Origin: a virus
Taxonomy: Duplodnaviria; Caudoviricetes
Virus record (IMG/VR): IMGVR_UViG_3300025015_000065
Coordinates: 1 to 39,530 of that record
Length of the DNA: 39,530 nucleotides
Strand: one strand, 5' to 3'
A program made the translations under genes and the position numbers. The notes under the pieces are model-generated. The model saw nothing but the letters and a program-made list of their open reading frames with translations. It searched no databases and was not told the DNA's origin. Positions 25,666-35,439 of this stretch are shown here, piece by piece (position 1 is the first letter of the stretch; every line of letters starts with the position of its first letter).

Positions 25666-28600
25666 CTATACTTTGGTTATAAGTCTATCCAAGGAATTCT
25701 GCTGCCTTCTCACTACTTCTCTCAATTCTCGAATCTCTTTTCTAAGAATGGCCTCCCGCTCCTCCGCGTCGTTATTTCCCCTCTCGATAGCCTTACCTAT
25801 CGCCCTAAGCATCTCAACGGTCTCACCGTCCTCCGGCCCGTGCGTTACAGATACTCTCTCCCCCGGCGTGGCCCAAAATGGAACGAACTGGCTATCGGGG
25901 CCACCATATCCCCCTACTCTGAATGATCCCTCATCCTTGAACGCGGGTACCCTTATATTTCCTAAGTTGACCAACCATTGCAGCCCCAAGGCGGGCGAGG
26001 TCATCTGGAAAAGGGAGTTGGACAAGAAGGGGAAGAAAGTATTAAGAGCGGTGGTAATGGACACTAGGGCATTCAAAATGGTGTTACTGGTGGCCCCACC
26101 GGAGGAGGCGGCCAGAAGAGCTATTGAAGTGGACATGGCGGATATCGCTCCCGCCAGAGGAGATATGGCCTTCTCAACGTCTTCTATCTTGACGGGAAGG
26201 AGACCCGTGTTGCGTTCGATGGGGAGCAACCCTTGGCTAACGTCCGTGGACACCCTCCGCAATCCAGCGGAATTGTTTTGGGCAGAAATCAGAACGTTCC
26301 CGGAAACGTCCTTAATGGCCCCCGTCTGCTTGAGAGCCTCATCAAATTGCTTCTTGGCGCTGTTCTCAATTATTCCGGTCTGCCCTCCTATGGCCGAGAG
26401 AAGCCCCTGCGTTTGCAATTCTATCTGGGTTATCAGCTTCTGGGCGGGGTCCTCCGGCATCACGGCTTCGGTAGCGGTGATCGCTTCTCTAAGGGTACTT
26501 ATTACGTAGTTAAAATCCTCGAAAAATCTTGGGGTTGAAGAGAAAGCTTGCCTGCTTAATGAAAGAAGATTCTCCCCCGCCGCACCCAACTCCCCCATAG
26601 CCTCGGGGTCGCCAGCAAATGCCCTGGCCCTTACCTTAAGAAACTCTCCCTGGGCCACGGCGAGAGCAGGTAGCGTTCCGAGGGGAGATTCCGCGCTTCC
26701 CGTAAGCTTTATGAGGGAGGATTGAACGGAGTCTCTAGCTCCATTAATAGATTTAATAAGATCGTCTACCAGCTTCTGCCTCTCCTCCGACGCCTTACGC
26801 TCCTCCTCAAGGATTTTGTCGTTACTTTCCTTCATTATGTTAAGGCGTTCTAATTCATTGAGCCTTGTTACGTCCAGGAGATCGATCCCCAAATCTTCCG
26901 CATTCCGGAGCCTCTCCTTGGCCACCTTTTCCTGCTCCTCCAAGGCCAGGGCCAAAGGGTCCTCTAGAGCCAGGATTTGAAGTCTAACGGCCTCATTGAA
27001 ATCCTCTTGCAGCTTCGATATGGCCTTTGACTGTGCGTCAGTGAGTTTTTGGAGGCTCAGCCCCAGGCGTTCTACGACGGGCCTAGCTTCCTCAAACGCC
27101 CCGTTTATTGCGTCCAGGGCCTTCTTGGCATCTGATATCTCTTCCTTCCCTAGGGCGAAGTCCTCCGCCATGAAAGCCATAGCGAATTGTACATCTTTAA
27201 TGGTCTGTTCCACGTCTATGAAGTTGATGCGGTTTATCACTTCGCCTAGGGACTTAAACTCCTCGGATGCCCGAAGAATCTGCTGGAAACCGAAATTAAA
27301 AGCCCCTTGTACGGACCCCGGTATGTTCCCCTCCCCCATGTTACGGGCGAGATTGCCTATCCACGTCGATGATCCGAAAGTTTCGCGGCCTCCGGCGGAG
27401 GGAAGGCCAAGGGATTGCAAGAGTCCGGTAGCGAGTTCCACCACCTGGGCTTCGGTAGAGGCGTCTACTTTGGCCCCCGTCACCTTGCGCCTGTCGGGAC
27501 CGAACAGAGAGCCCACCGCGCTTCCCAGGAAGCTGCCACCGATCGCCCCCAACGGCCCCAGGAAGGCTCCGCCCAACAATCCTCCTATACCGCCTCCGAT
27601 CCCCCCGCTTAAGGTATTTCGTTTCGTTAAACCCAAAAGATTCGCCCCTAACGACCCTGCGATGGCCCAAGGAGCATTGAGGCCCGCGTTGCCTAAAGCC
27701 CCGGGCAGGAAACTTGCCAATCCAGAGGCCCCCTCGCCCGCCGCCACGTCAAAGGCTCCAGCCCCACCCGACAACCAAACGCCCAAATCGGTCCCCAGAC
27801 CCTGTAAAATAGTGCTTTGTCCGAGAGAAAGGATCCCGCCCAGAGAGCTTAAGGAAGATAAAAGGCCACCGCCTCCCGCCGCACCACCGCCTCCCGCCGC
27901 GCCACCGCCTCCGCCACCTAGCGGAGTAGGAAACCCGAGGGCCGTGGCTAGGCCCGGAACCCCTATGGCCCCTACCACTCCCCCCAGGACGGGACGGAGT
28001 ACCAGCGCCGCCGCAATCTGCGCGGCCATACCCTTAAATATGTCAAACATCCGCCTAGAAAAGTCCTTAGCGGAATTAATGCCGCCGTCAAAGATGCTCT
28101 TAAACATATCGGCAAAGGCGTCCTGAATTGACCTTATGGCTTGTAAAAAGGGCTCCATCAAAGCTTGACGGGCTTCTTCCTCCGCCTTCTTAAATTCCGC
28201 GAGACGCTTTCTAGCATCAAACAACCCACCCGCCGCCTCACCTACCTTCCGTATCGCGTCTATCTCCTCGAGATAAGCCAGGGTGCCGTCCTTGGTGGCC
28301 TTCTCGAGAAGCTTATTGGTGGCCACCGCCATGAATTTAGCACGCTCTGATTCGTTAAGCCCCGCCACTTCCGCATTTATGGCCGCAATTTCCGCATTCA
28401 TCATGAGGACCAGATCGTTCTGATCCTTGTTTAGCTTCCTTACAGCCTCAGTCTGATCCTTAAGGTGCTGCGTTCCTTTCTTGATGCTCTCCTCGTTCAT
28501 ACGGCGGGCCTGAATCAAGGCCGCGAGGTTCCTTTTGACTTCCTCAGCATCGATAGGGAACCCCAGGCCGAAGGGGTCCCGTTCCTCTGCCCTGGCCCCT

Positions 28601-31600
28601 AAACCCGTCCGATTAACGAATCCCTCCAACACGTCTTGACGTATTGACCGCCCCCTGCCGCCAGCCAATTTCTCAATTATCTCACTAGCCTCACGAAGGT
28701 CATCCACTTCCTCCTTCAAGGCTAGTCCACCGAAAGTTATTACTCCGGCCTGTTCCCCAAAATAGACCATTTCTCGCTTTAATTTCTCCACGGTCTCCAC
28801 GGCGCTTTCTAATTCCTTGGTGGAAACCGTAATTTCCCGCGCCCCCTCAACGAAGCCCCCAGACATTCTATGTTCCATTTGAACTCGCATCTGGGCCAAT
28901 AAAACATCTAGCTCGTCTGCTTCACCCCGAAGAGATTTAATTTCGCTTTGTATTTTAGCCCTCTCGGCCCCCACCATGAGGCCGCCTCCAGCCGTGACTC
29001 CGAAGGAAGACCCTATCTTCGGTGTCTCCATCTTCTTTTGCAGTACAGATATTACACCCTCTATCTTGTCGCGGTAGGCTACGGCCACCTCAAGGTTCTT
29101 CTGGATGGATGCGAGGTTTTGCTCAGTGGCGACCCCGATTTGCTGTTGCTGTATTTTTAATTCATCAATGATCGCTTTACCGCCCTCAAGAGACCCCTTC
29201 CCCCCTAATTCCTTCATTAAGCGGGCTAACACCGGTATGGAGGAGATTATCGCCGCGCCGATGCTCACGGCCCGTAGGAAAGGATTTGCATTAGCGGCGG
29301 CTGCCCATGCCGCAAAAGCCGTGGCTATAGTTAATATAGCCGTCTCTATAGCCAATTGATGGTCTAGGACCCAGTTTAATGATCCAGTGAGAGCCCTCAT
29401 CACGGGCAGCAGGTCCCTACCTATTTCTACGGCGATTACATTAAGCTTCCTCCCTACAAAGTCCACCGACGCGCCGAATGACTTATTTGCGATTTCCAAT
29501 TCCGTGAGGTGCTTCTTGCCGTCCCTGAAAGCGGTACTGGCGTCCCTCTGCGCCTGTGCCGCGACCTGATACCCCTTAGCCAAGGGAAGAAGGGACTTAA
29601 TCTCTCTAAATCCCCCGATTTCAAGGTCCTTTAACACCTGGGCCGTAGAAGCCCCCTGCTTTTGTAAAAGGTTAAGGCCCTTTATGAATTCAAGGACCGC
29701 TCCCATGGCATCCTTCCTGAACAACTCAGTAAATTGAAGGGTACTGCGGTCCGTTATTTCGGCGAACTGTTGCAGCCTTATGCCTCCCTCGTCTATGGCC
29801 TCATTCATCTTAGCGAAGAGCCTACCCACGGCGGTGGAGCCTGATTCCGCATTAGCTCCCAATTGCGCCAGAGCCGTACCCATGGCCAATGACTGCGTAG
29901 CCGTGACCCCGAAAGCTGCCCCGACCCGCGCCACGTCTACACCGAACTCAACGATACGGGACTCATTTGCCGCGAATTTATTGCCCAAATCCACTATGAC
30001 GGAGGCTAGACGAGGGGCGGTATTGGCCGCCTCATTCGTGATGGATAAGAGCTGCGCGATCTTCGTGGCTGCGTCTGGACCGGTGAGGGAGGTGGTTTTG
30101 GTAAGGATTGCTATGGCTTCCGTAAAGGACGCAATGTCCTCCACTCCCCTAATTCCCATCTGTCCTGCTATTTGTGCGATCCCCGATAATTCCGACGCCC
30201 CAATGTTTACGCGAGTGGACATCCTGAGAAAATTGTCACTGAGGACCTCCATACCCGCCGCCGACAAATCAGTGGTTTTGCGGACGCCCACCAGCCCCTT
30301 CTCAAATTCTATATACGCTTTCGCGGCTTTCACCGCACCGAAAGCCATTAAAAGGAATCCGCCAACGGCGACCGCCATCTTAATGGACGTACTTTCGATC
30401 AAGATGCCGAAGTTGGTAACCGCCGAAGCTGCCCGGGAAAGGGGACCCAAAGCGATCCTCATGACCCGGCCAACCTCGTTTAATTCTCCACGGAGGCCCT
30501 GGAGCCTCCTCTGCGTGGCTCCTACCGCCTCCGCTCCACCGAAGAACACCTTCCTGGCCCGCACCATTCTATCATTTGCTGCGTCCTGCGTCAAGAGACC
30601 GGCGTGAACGTCCTTATTCAAGTCTCTTTGAACCTGCGCAAATTTTAATTGCGCCGCCGATCCTTGTCCTAAAAGTATAGCCCGCCGGGCCTCCCGTACA
30701 TTAAACTCATCAATAGCTGTTGATTGGTCCTTAACGGCGCGGACCATCTTTTTGCCCGACGCGTTCTGGGCATCGCCTACTGATAGAAGCCTAGTCTTGG
30801 TTAGTTCATATTGCTTATTGGCCTCTTCCTGAGTGATCTTTTCATTAGCGACTAACTCCGTGAGCCTGATCTTTTGGCGCGCAAGGGACGTGTGCGCTTT
30901 GTCAAGCTCTCCCGAGGCTACCTTGGCGGTAACAAGTTGCGCCTCTTCCTTAGCCGTCTCCACGTTAAGTTCGTTCTGCGCCTTCGCGACCTCTTTAAGA
31001 CGCTCTATCCGCGCCCTATCGACTCTTTCCAACTCCGCAGAACGGCCAGCCTCAATGTTACTCTTAGACAAGGCTAATTTTTGTTTCTCAGCCTCTACGT
31101 TCTTCTCAGTTATTATCCTATTGGATTCAATAGCTCTTTTAAGGTCTTCCTCCCTGAGAGAAGCCTTGAGCTTAAATTCCGCATCAGTAAATCTCTTATT
31201 AATCTTTGCTATTTCGCCCCGGGTGATGTGTTCCTGTCTAACCAGAGCCTCGTCCTTGGCCGCATTGATCCTAACCTTTTTCCTAGCGGTTTCCTCCTCC
31301 AATTCCAAGGACATGCGTTGAACGTCCGCAGCCGTCGTACCGGGCTGACCCTTGCGGCGCAGGGGGTCTCCGCCCAAAGACTCCTTTTCCCGCACCTTCT
31401 CGAGAGCGTCAAAGGTCTTAACAGCAGTCTGGTTTATCTGCCTAGCGACCTCGGTTATTTGGTTAAGCTGGCCCTTGAACATCACATCAAGGTTCCGTAG
31501 CATGTCTACTCTAGACCGCTCTAGGGCTCTACTTATATTTTCAATCTTACCATGAGTGTGTACCGCGTCCGCGAGGATCTTGTTAAAGAACGTCCCCGCC

Positions 31601-31836
31601 CCAGTATTCTTAAGTTCTTGCGCCGCCAGTTTCAACTCCCGGAACGAAGCGGCGGCGAACACAGCCGCCTCCGCGACTCTCGTTATGGGGTCAGACATAC
31701 CCACGGCGGATTTACGCAGGGAGTTGGCGGTGGTTTGGGCCTCGCGGGCTATTAACCTAAGCTGATCCCGTGCTAGTTTAGAATCAGCGGAAATCCCCGC
31801 CGTAGGAAGCCGTATGCCTATCTTAATCGTCGGCAC
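25666..31836 (-). CDS. tail tape measure protein (2056 aa)
   Basis: Very long Ala/Glu/Lys-rich helical ORF after the tail chaperones; TP901-like core (FEKGLVGVRKTTD...LGNKFAANES); Gly-rich hydrophobic segment. Confidence 0.93.
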   Translation of the reverse strand: MPTIKIGIRLPTAGISADSKLARDQLRLIAREAQTTANSLRKSAVGMSDPITRVAEAAVFAAASFRELKLAAQELKNTGAGTFFNKILADAVHTHGKIENISRALERSRVDMLRNLDVMFKGQLNQITEVARQINQTAVKTFDALEKVREKESLGGDPLRRKGQPGTTAADVQRMSLELEEETARKKVRINAAKDEALVRQEHITRGEIAKINKRFTDAEFKLKASLREEDLKRAIESNRIITEKNVEAEKQKLALSKSNIEAGRSAELERVDRARIERLKEVAKAQNELNVETAKEEAQLVTAKVASGELDKAHTSLARQKIRLTELVANEKITQEEANKQYELTKTRLLSVGDAQNASGKKMVRAVKDQSTAIDEFNVREARRAILLGQGSAAQLKFAQVQRDLNKDVHAGLLTQDAANDRMVRARKVFFGGAEAVGATQRRLQGLRGELNEVGRVMRIALGPLSRAASAVTNFGILIESTSIKMAVAVGGFLLMAFGAVKAAKAYIEFEKGLVGVRKTTDLSAAGMEVLSDNFLRMSTRVNIGASELSGIAQIAGQMGIRGVEDIASFTEAIAILTKTTSLTGPDAATKIAQLLSITNEAANTAPRLASVIVDLGNKFAANESRIVEFGVDVARVGAAFGVTATQSLAMGTALAQLGANAESGSTAVGRLFAKMNEAIDEGGIRLQQFAEITDRSTLQFTELFRKDAMGAVLEFIKGLNLLQKQGASTAQVLKDLEIGGFREIKSLLPLAKGYQVAAQAQRDASTAFRDGKKHLTELEIANKSFGASVDFVGRKLNVIAVEIGRDLLPVMRALTGSLNWVLDHQLAIETAILTIATAFAAWAAAANANPFLRAVSIGAAIISSIPVLARLMKELGGKGSLEGGKAIIDELKIQQQQIGVATEQNLASIQKNLEVAVAYRDKIEGVISVLQKKMETPKIGSSFGVTAGGGLMVGAERAKIQSEIKSLRGEADELDVLLAQMRVQMEHRMSGGFVEGAREITVSTKELESAVETVEKLKREMVYFGEQAGVITFGGLALKEEVDDLREASEIIEKLAGGRGRSIRQDVLEGFVNRTGLGARAEERDPFGLGFPIDAEEVKRNLAALIQARRMNEESIKKGTQHLKDQTEAVRKLNKDQNDLVLMMNAEIAAINAEVAGLNESERAKFMAVATNKLLEKATKDGTLAYLEEIDAIRKVGEAAGGLFDARKRLAEFKKAEEEARQALMEPFLQAIRSIQDAFADMFKSIFDGGINSAKDFSRRMFDIFKGMAAQIAAALVLRPVLGGVVGAIGVPGLATALGFPTPLGGGGGGAAGGGGAAGGGGLLSSLSSLGGILSLGQSTILQGLGTDLGVWLSGGAGAFDVAAGEGASGLASFLPGALGNAGLNAPWAIAGSLGANLLGLTKRNTLSGGIGGGIGGLLGGAFLGPLGAIGGSFLGSAVGSLFGPDRRKVTGAKVDASTEAQVVELATGLLQSLGLPSAGGRETFGSSTWIGNLARNMGEGNIPGSVQGAFNFGFQQILRASEEFKSLGEVINRINFIDVEQTIKDVQFAMAFMAEDFALGKEEISDAKKALDAINGAFEEARPVVERLGLSLQKLTDAQSKAISKLQEDFNEAVRLQILALEDPLALALEEQEKVAKERLRNAEDLGIDLLDVTRLNELERLNIMKESNDKILEEERKASEERQKLVDDLIKSINGARDSVQSSLIKLTGSAESPLGTLPALAVAQGEFLKVRARAFAGDPEAMGELGAAGENLLSLSRQAFSSTPRFFEDFNYVISTLREAITATEAVMPEDPAQKLITQIELQTQGLLSAIGGQTGIIENSAKKQFDEALKQTGAIKDVSGNVLISAQNNSAGLRRVSTDVSQGLLPIERNTGLLPVKIEDVEKAISPLAGAISAMSTSIALLAASSGGATSNTILNALVSITTALNTFFPFLSNSLFQMTSPALGLQWLVNLGNIRVPAFKDEGSFRVGGYGGPDSQFVPFWATPGERVSVTHGPEDGETVEMLRAIGKAIERGNNDAEEREAILRKEIRELREVVRRQQNSLDRLITKV
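27873..27912 (+). repeat. 40-bp exact repeat, copy 2; encodes the Gly/Ala tract of the tape measure on the - strand
   Basis: Identical to 16094-16133. Confidence 0.9.
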
Positions 31837-31846
31837 TAGAAGCCCC

Positions 31847-32146
31847 CTATTTCCTCGTCCGGCTCTTAGCCCTTTCGTTCATCTTTTTAAGATACACGGC
31901 GTCTAATTCCGAGATGTACCTCATAAACCTTCTTACTTCATCGGAATCAGTTTCGCCCATGATCTCAAGGTAATCCTTCATTTCACTGACCGGTATGGGC
32001 CCCACCCCAAACCCCATTCTCCGGCTACCTTGCAAGGACCAGAATGCCTCCCAATAAAACTGTAGGTGGGGAAAGAGTACCGGCATATTCTCAAGGGCCG
32101 GTACTCTTTCCCCCCTGTCCTCCTTCTTGAGCAGCGTCTCCATCAC
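31847..32146 (-). CDS. tail assembly chaperone, downstream (frameshift, gpT-like) portion
   Basis: YWEAFWSLQGSRRMGFGVGPIP...LDAVYL; the frame is open back to the slippery site at 32185-32191. Confidence 0.8.
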   Translation of the reverse strand: MMETLLKKEDRGERVPALENMPVLFPHLQFYWEAFWSLQGSRRMGFGVGPIPVSEMKDYLEIMGETDSDEVRRFMRYISELDAVYLKKMNERAKSRTRK

Positions 32147-32181
32147 CTCGCCATAAGTTAATTGAAAGGCGAGGCACTCTT

Positions 32182-32679
32182 TCAGTTTCCCAAGTTGTTC
32201 TCGTCCTGCTCTTCCTGATAGTGCGCGGCTTTCGCCGCCTCCAGGATGAGGTCCACCTGCATATCAGGAAGATCCATCAAAATTTGACGGACCTTGGCCT
32301 TATTCTCCTTAGAACAGGGAACCTCTTTTCCTTCTCGGTCCGTAACACCTTTCCATTCCTGCACGATCCCATTCATGATCCAATTGATGTTGATCTGATC
32401 CTGAATCTCCGTGGGAACCTGTCCCCCGCGCCGATCTGCCCTCTGGGTGATATTTTGGAAAGGCTGCTGCGCCTTCCGAAGAGCTTCCTGCGCCCGCTTA
32501 GAGCTTGTTCTTGACAGCTTCCATTCAGATCCGTCCATCAAGGTGACCCACGCCCCCTCCTCCTCCTTCTCCTTGGAAGTGTAATAGGCCGCATAGGTCC
32601 CTTTCCTTTCCACCTTTTCTGGAATCACGGGCGTTTCCGTTCCCACGGGTATCTCCGTCTCTTTTCGTTCTTCGTTCAT
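32182..32679 (-). CDS. tail assembly chaperone (gpG-like)
   Basis: Between tail tube and tape measure; EEGAWV...WKGVTD.EG.EVP motif; ends at the slippery site. Confidence 0.85.
   Translation of the reverse strand: MNEERKETEIPVGTETPVIPEKVERKGTYAAYYTSKEKEEEGAWVTLMDGSEWKLSRTSSKRAQEALRKAQQPFQNITQRADRRGGQVPTEIQDQININWIMNGIVQEWKGVTDREGKEVPCSKENKAKVRQILMDLPDMQVDLILEAAKAAHYQEEQDENNLGN
32185..32191 (-). other. programmed -1 ribosomal frameshift site G GGA AAC
   Basis: X XXY YYZ heptamer just before the TGA of 32182-32679; the -1 frame reads GKLKECLAFQLTYGEVMETLL into 31847-32146. Confidence 0.85.
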
Positions 32680-32721
32680 CCCAATTCCTCCTTAAGTTAA
32701 TCCCGACTTACTTTCCGGCCA

Positions 32722-33885
32722 CTAGGCCGGGAACCGCGTGATGCTGAGCATCTTGCTCGCCACGGTGTCCATCTTCGCCACGAAGGACAGGTCCACCATC
32801 ACGTCTTGGTCCTGGCCAGGGATCACCACGGGGCCCCCCGAGAACTTGATGGCAGGGAGATTGAACATGTAAGCGTTCCCGTCCCCATCGATGACCCGGA
32901 AGGCTAGGCTCGTTTCGGTGAACCCACGGTACTTATCGAGGAAAGAACGGTCCTCGAAATAGGCATTGAACGTGCCTGACACGTTGAACGATCCGATTCC
33001 GATTCCCGCCGCCCCAAGAGTCGCAACGGCGGGTTGGGCGCGGAGGTTGTTGGTAATGGCCAGAGTGATCGCCGTGATGTCCTGCGTGACCAATGTCCCA
33101 CCCTCACGGATCGCCGCCACGTGATCGATCGCATTCATCACGTCGTTCGTGGGTGCCGCTACGTTCGCCCCCGTCCCGATGGTAGCCACTTGAGTTGCGG
33201 CTCCACGGAGACCTGTGAGGGAGAGGGACCCCGTGATGATGGCATTCGCCGCGATGTTGAGAGACATGGCCCCAACCCTGCAGCCCACGAAGGAATCGAA
33301 CTTGCTCACGTCCTGGAAGTGCTTCTCGATCGAGTAGCTCTTGGCCGTGGTTCCGTTGAAGATGCAAGTTCCCTTGATGGTGACGGTATCTCCCGCCGCC
33401 TCGTCCACCAGGGTGCCACCGGTGACCTGAATCCAGTCGCCCGATGAATCCGACTGCTTATCTGTCACCAGAAAGTATCCGTTGTTCGCCCCGGTATCGA
33501 ACCCCGCCACCAGGACCCATTGCCCGATCTGAATGCCCGAGAAATCTCCAGCCACCGTGGAGAACACGTTGTTTGGGGCGATGGCCTGTATGTCCGTCCT
33601 GGAAATGCTCACCGTTGCGGGCCAATCCGCCCCTAGAAGGCCCTCGAGGAAGTCGTCCAAGGCCGAGTAGGACAGTTCGAAGTTCAGATCTCCCGATGCT
33701 CCGACGTTTGTGCGGATATGGTCCGGAATCTGGCGGTCCGCCCGCACCTCCGCGCTCTGCGAAGATTCCGTGGTGTGGTCCAGGCTTTCCCCCGTGAACC
33801 GGAAATTTTTCAGCGCAGATACAGGAGTCGTCCCGAAGACGGACTCTTCTACATACGACAGCAAAGTCCTATTGGCATCAGACAT
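32722..33885 (-). CDS. major tail (tube) protein
   Basis: YVEESVFGTTP...RFTGESL...SAEVRADRQ...GDLNFELS...VSGTFNAYFED; high-expression codon bias. Confidence 0.88.
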   Translation of the reverse strand: MSDANRTLLSYVEESVFGTTPVSALKNFRFTGESLDHTTESSQSAEVRADRQIPDHIRTNVGASGDLNFELSYSALDDFLEGLLGADWPATVSISRTDIQAIAPNNVFSTVAGDFSGIQIGQWVLVAGFDTGANNGYFLVTDKQSDSSGDWIQVTGGTLVDEAAGDTVTIKGTCIFNGTTAKSYSIEKHFQDVSKFDSFVGCRVGAMSLNIAANAIITGSLSLTGLRGAATQVATIGTGANVAAPTNDVMNAIDHVAAIREGGTLVTQDITAITLAITNNLRAQPAVATLGAAGIGIGSFNVSGTFNAYFEDRSFLDKYRGFTETSLAFRVIDGDGNAYMFNLPAIKFSGGPVVIPGQDQDVMVDLSFVAKMDTVASKMLSITRFPA

Positions 33886-33899
33886 TTCCGTAGTCTCCT

Positions 33900-34319
33900 C
33901 TAGGTGCGGAACACGTCAAAATAGAAATCCGTGACCACGTTTAGCTTCCAAGCGCTTTTCACGGACCCTACGTTTACTTTTCTCGACGTTCCCATCTGAA
34001 CTCCGCCAAAGTTCTTCGTTTCGAGTATCGTCTCTACATCGTCCGCTAATTCAAGGGCGCGCCCCTCCCCTTCTCCAGCGGGCACCAGGATCTCCACTAC
34101 TATCTGCCCATCTTTCCGTACCCTCTTATCGTTGGCCATGGACACCTGCCTGGACAATGCCTGTTGAATCTGTACCCTCAGGAACGGGGGCTCCGGAGCG
34201 TCCGCATCCGGGTCCTGCTGAAAGTTATCATACAGCACAGGTACATTTGAATCCAACCATCCGGAGTCAAAGGCCGCCCGAATTAGGTTGTTAGCTTCCT
34301 CGTACCCGGCGATGACCAT
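33900..34319 (-). CDS. tail terminator protein
   Basis: Position before the tube; V.YDN...FLRV...G.IVVEILVPAGEG. Confidence 0.75.
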   Translation of the reverse strand: MVIAGYEEANNLIRAAFDSGWLDSNVPVLYDNFQQDPDADAPEPPFLRVQIQQALSRQVSMANDKRVRKDGQIVVEILVPAGEGEGRALELADDVETILETKNFGGVQMGTSRKVNVGSVKSAWKLNVVTDFYFDVFRT

Positions 34320-35032
34320 TATTCAAACATCTCCCTTAACACCACCGTGGCCGCTAAGGCTGCTAGGCTGTACACGTTGTGTGACCGAGTGTTCTTACCT
34401 CCCCCTTCTACAAAATCCGAGTAAGGGACAGCTGTCCCTAAAACTATTTCCTCCCCTAACTCCGCCCCTTCGATGGCCCCCATCTCTCGCGCAATCAACT
34501 CGGAACTCGAAGGAACCGGAATTTTCTTATCCGGTTTTTGGGACGGGTCCAGTCCCACATCAGTATTGTTCAATGCCGCACGATGATTGTATTTATAGTA
34601 CCCCGTGTTCATAGGGGAAGTTTCAAACACCACCTTAAGTGCGGTCTGGGTGGCGTACAGAACTCGATCCATGACATCTTGCTCAATTCTTTTCATCATT
34701 TTTTCGAGGAGTCCTTGCCAATCGGAAGCCAGAAATCCTGGCACGTCTCCCGACATCAACACCTGCTGACCCGGGCGGGGCTGAATACCCACGGATGTTC
34801 CTATAAATACTCTGTTTATGGAGGTATGGGCACCTCCCCCCGGAAATTTATTTTTAACCAGCGTCCGTATCACCGGGGTCTCAGTGTGTCCGGGGATAAA
34901 TCTTCGGCCTAGAGAAGTTACCTCTCCCGCCGTACCTGATATAGGGTCAATAATCATACCGGTGGTTTTCCCCACGAAATCCCACCCATAAACTTCATTA
35001 CCACCAATGGCTCCACGCGGCTTAATCATCAC
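34319..35032 (-). CDS. neck / tail completion protein (HK97 gp10-like C-terminal half)
   Basis: SPMNTGYYK...TAVPYSDFVEGG resembles the PVDTG...N..PYA..VE.G motif. Confidence 0.65.
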   Translation of the reverse strand: MMIKPRGAIGGNEVYGWDFVGKTTGMIIDPISGTAGEVTSLGRRFIPGHTETPVIRTLVKNKFPGGGAHTSINRVFIGTSVGIQPRPGQQVLMSGDVPGFLASDWQGLLEKMMKRIEQDVMDRVLYATQTALKVVFETSPMNTGYYKYNHRAALNNTDVGLDPSQKPDKKIPVPSSSELIAREMGAIEGAELGEEIVLGTAVPYSDFVEGGGKNTRSHNVYSLAALAATVVLREMFE

Positions 35033-35430
35033 ACGTTACCACAGAGGATGAGGAAACCGTAATTGTCCTCTCCTACGTTCTTGGGGATGGACCTCACGAT
35101 CCGATAAAAAGGCCCCACGGACATGTCCGTCCCAATAACCACAATATCTCCAACCGCCGGATCGAAGGTGATGGACGTGTGCTTGGGAAGAAAGAACCGA
35201 AGAGTCTCCTCCGGATTCATTCCAGAAGGGTTACTTTTGGATTTCGTGGTTATCATCGCCTTACCAGAAATATCCGTCGTACTGACCACCGAGGTCTTCC
35301 CCGTAGCGACTACATAGTTCTGCACCACTCTGCGAATGGTAACGGTTTTCCCTATTTTTTGAGAGCGGGCAGAAATCCTTGAGGCTATCCTGCTGGCTAT
35401 GGACACCTTAAGCCTCCCGCTATGGGGCAC
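35029..35430 (-). CDS. head closure (stopper) protein
   Basis: Position and size; GKTVTIRR...Y...TG...P.VGD. Confidence 0.6.
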   Translation of the reverse strand: MPHSGRLKVSIASRIASRISARSQKIGKTVTIRRVVQNYVVATGKTSVVSTTDISGKAMITTKSKSNPSGMNPEETLRFFLPKHTSITFDPAVGDIVVIGTDMSVGPFYRIVRSIPKNVGEDNYGFLILCGNV

Positions 35431-35439
35431 TACCCTCCA

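Noticed and set aside
16094-27912. Diversity-generating retroelement TR/VR pair
   Set aside because: The copies are short and identical, with no adenine-specific mismatches, and no reverse transcriptase is present
25652-31765. Long + strand ORFs such as 25652-26509, 26996-28126 and 29780-30607
   Set aside because: Antisense shadows of the tape measure gene with low-complexity translations and no motifs
32715-32730. Terminator after the tail tube gene (CCGGCC-ACTA-GGCCGG)
   Set aside because: The hairpin is real but has no U-tract on the - strand, so it is not called as a terminator
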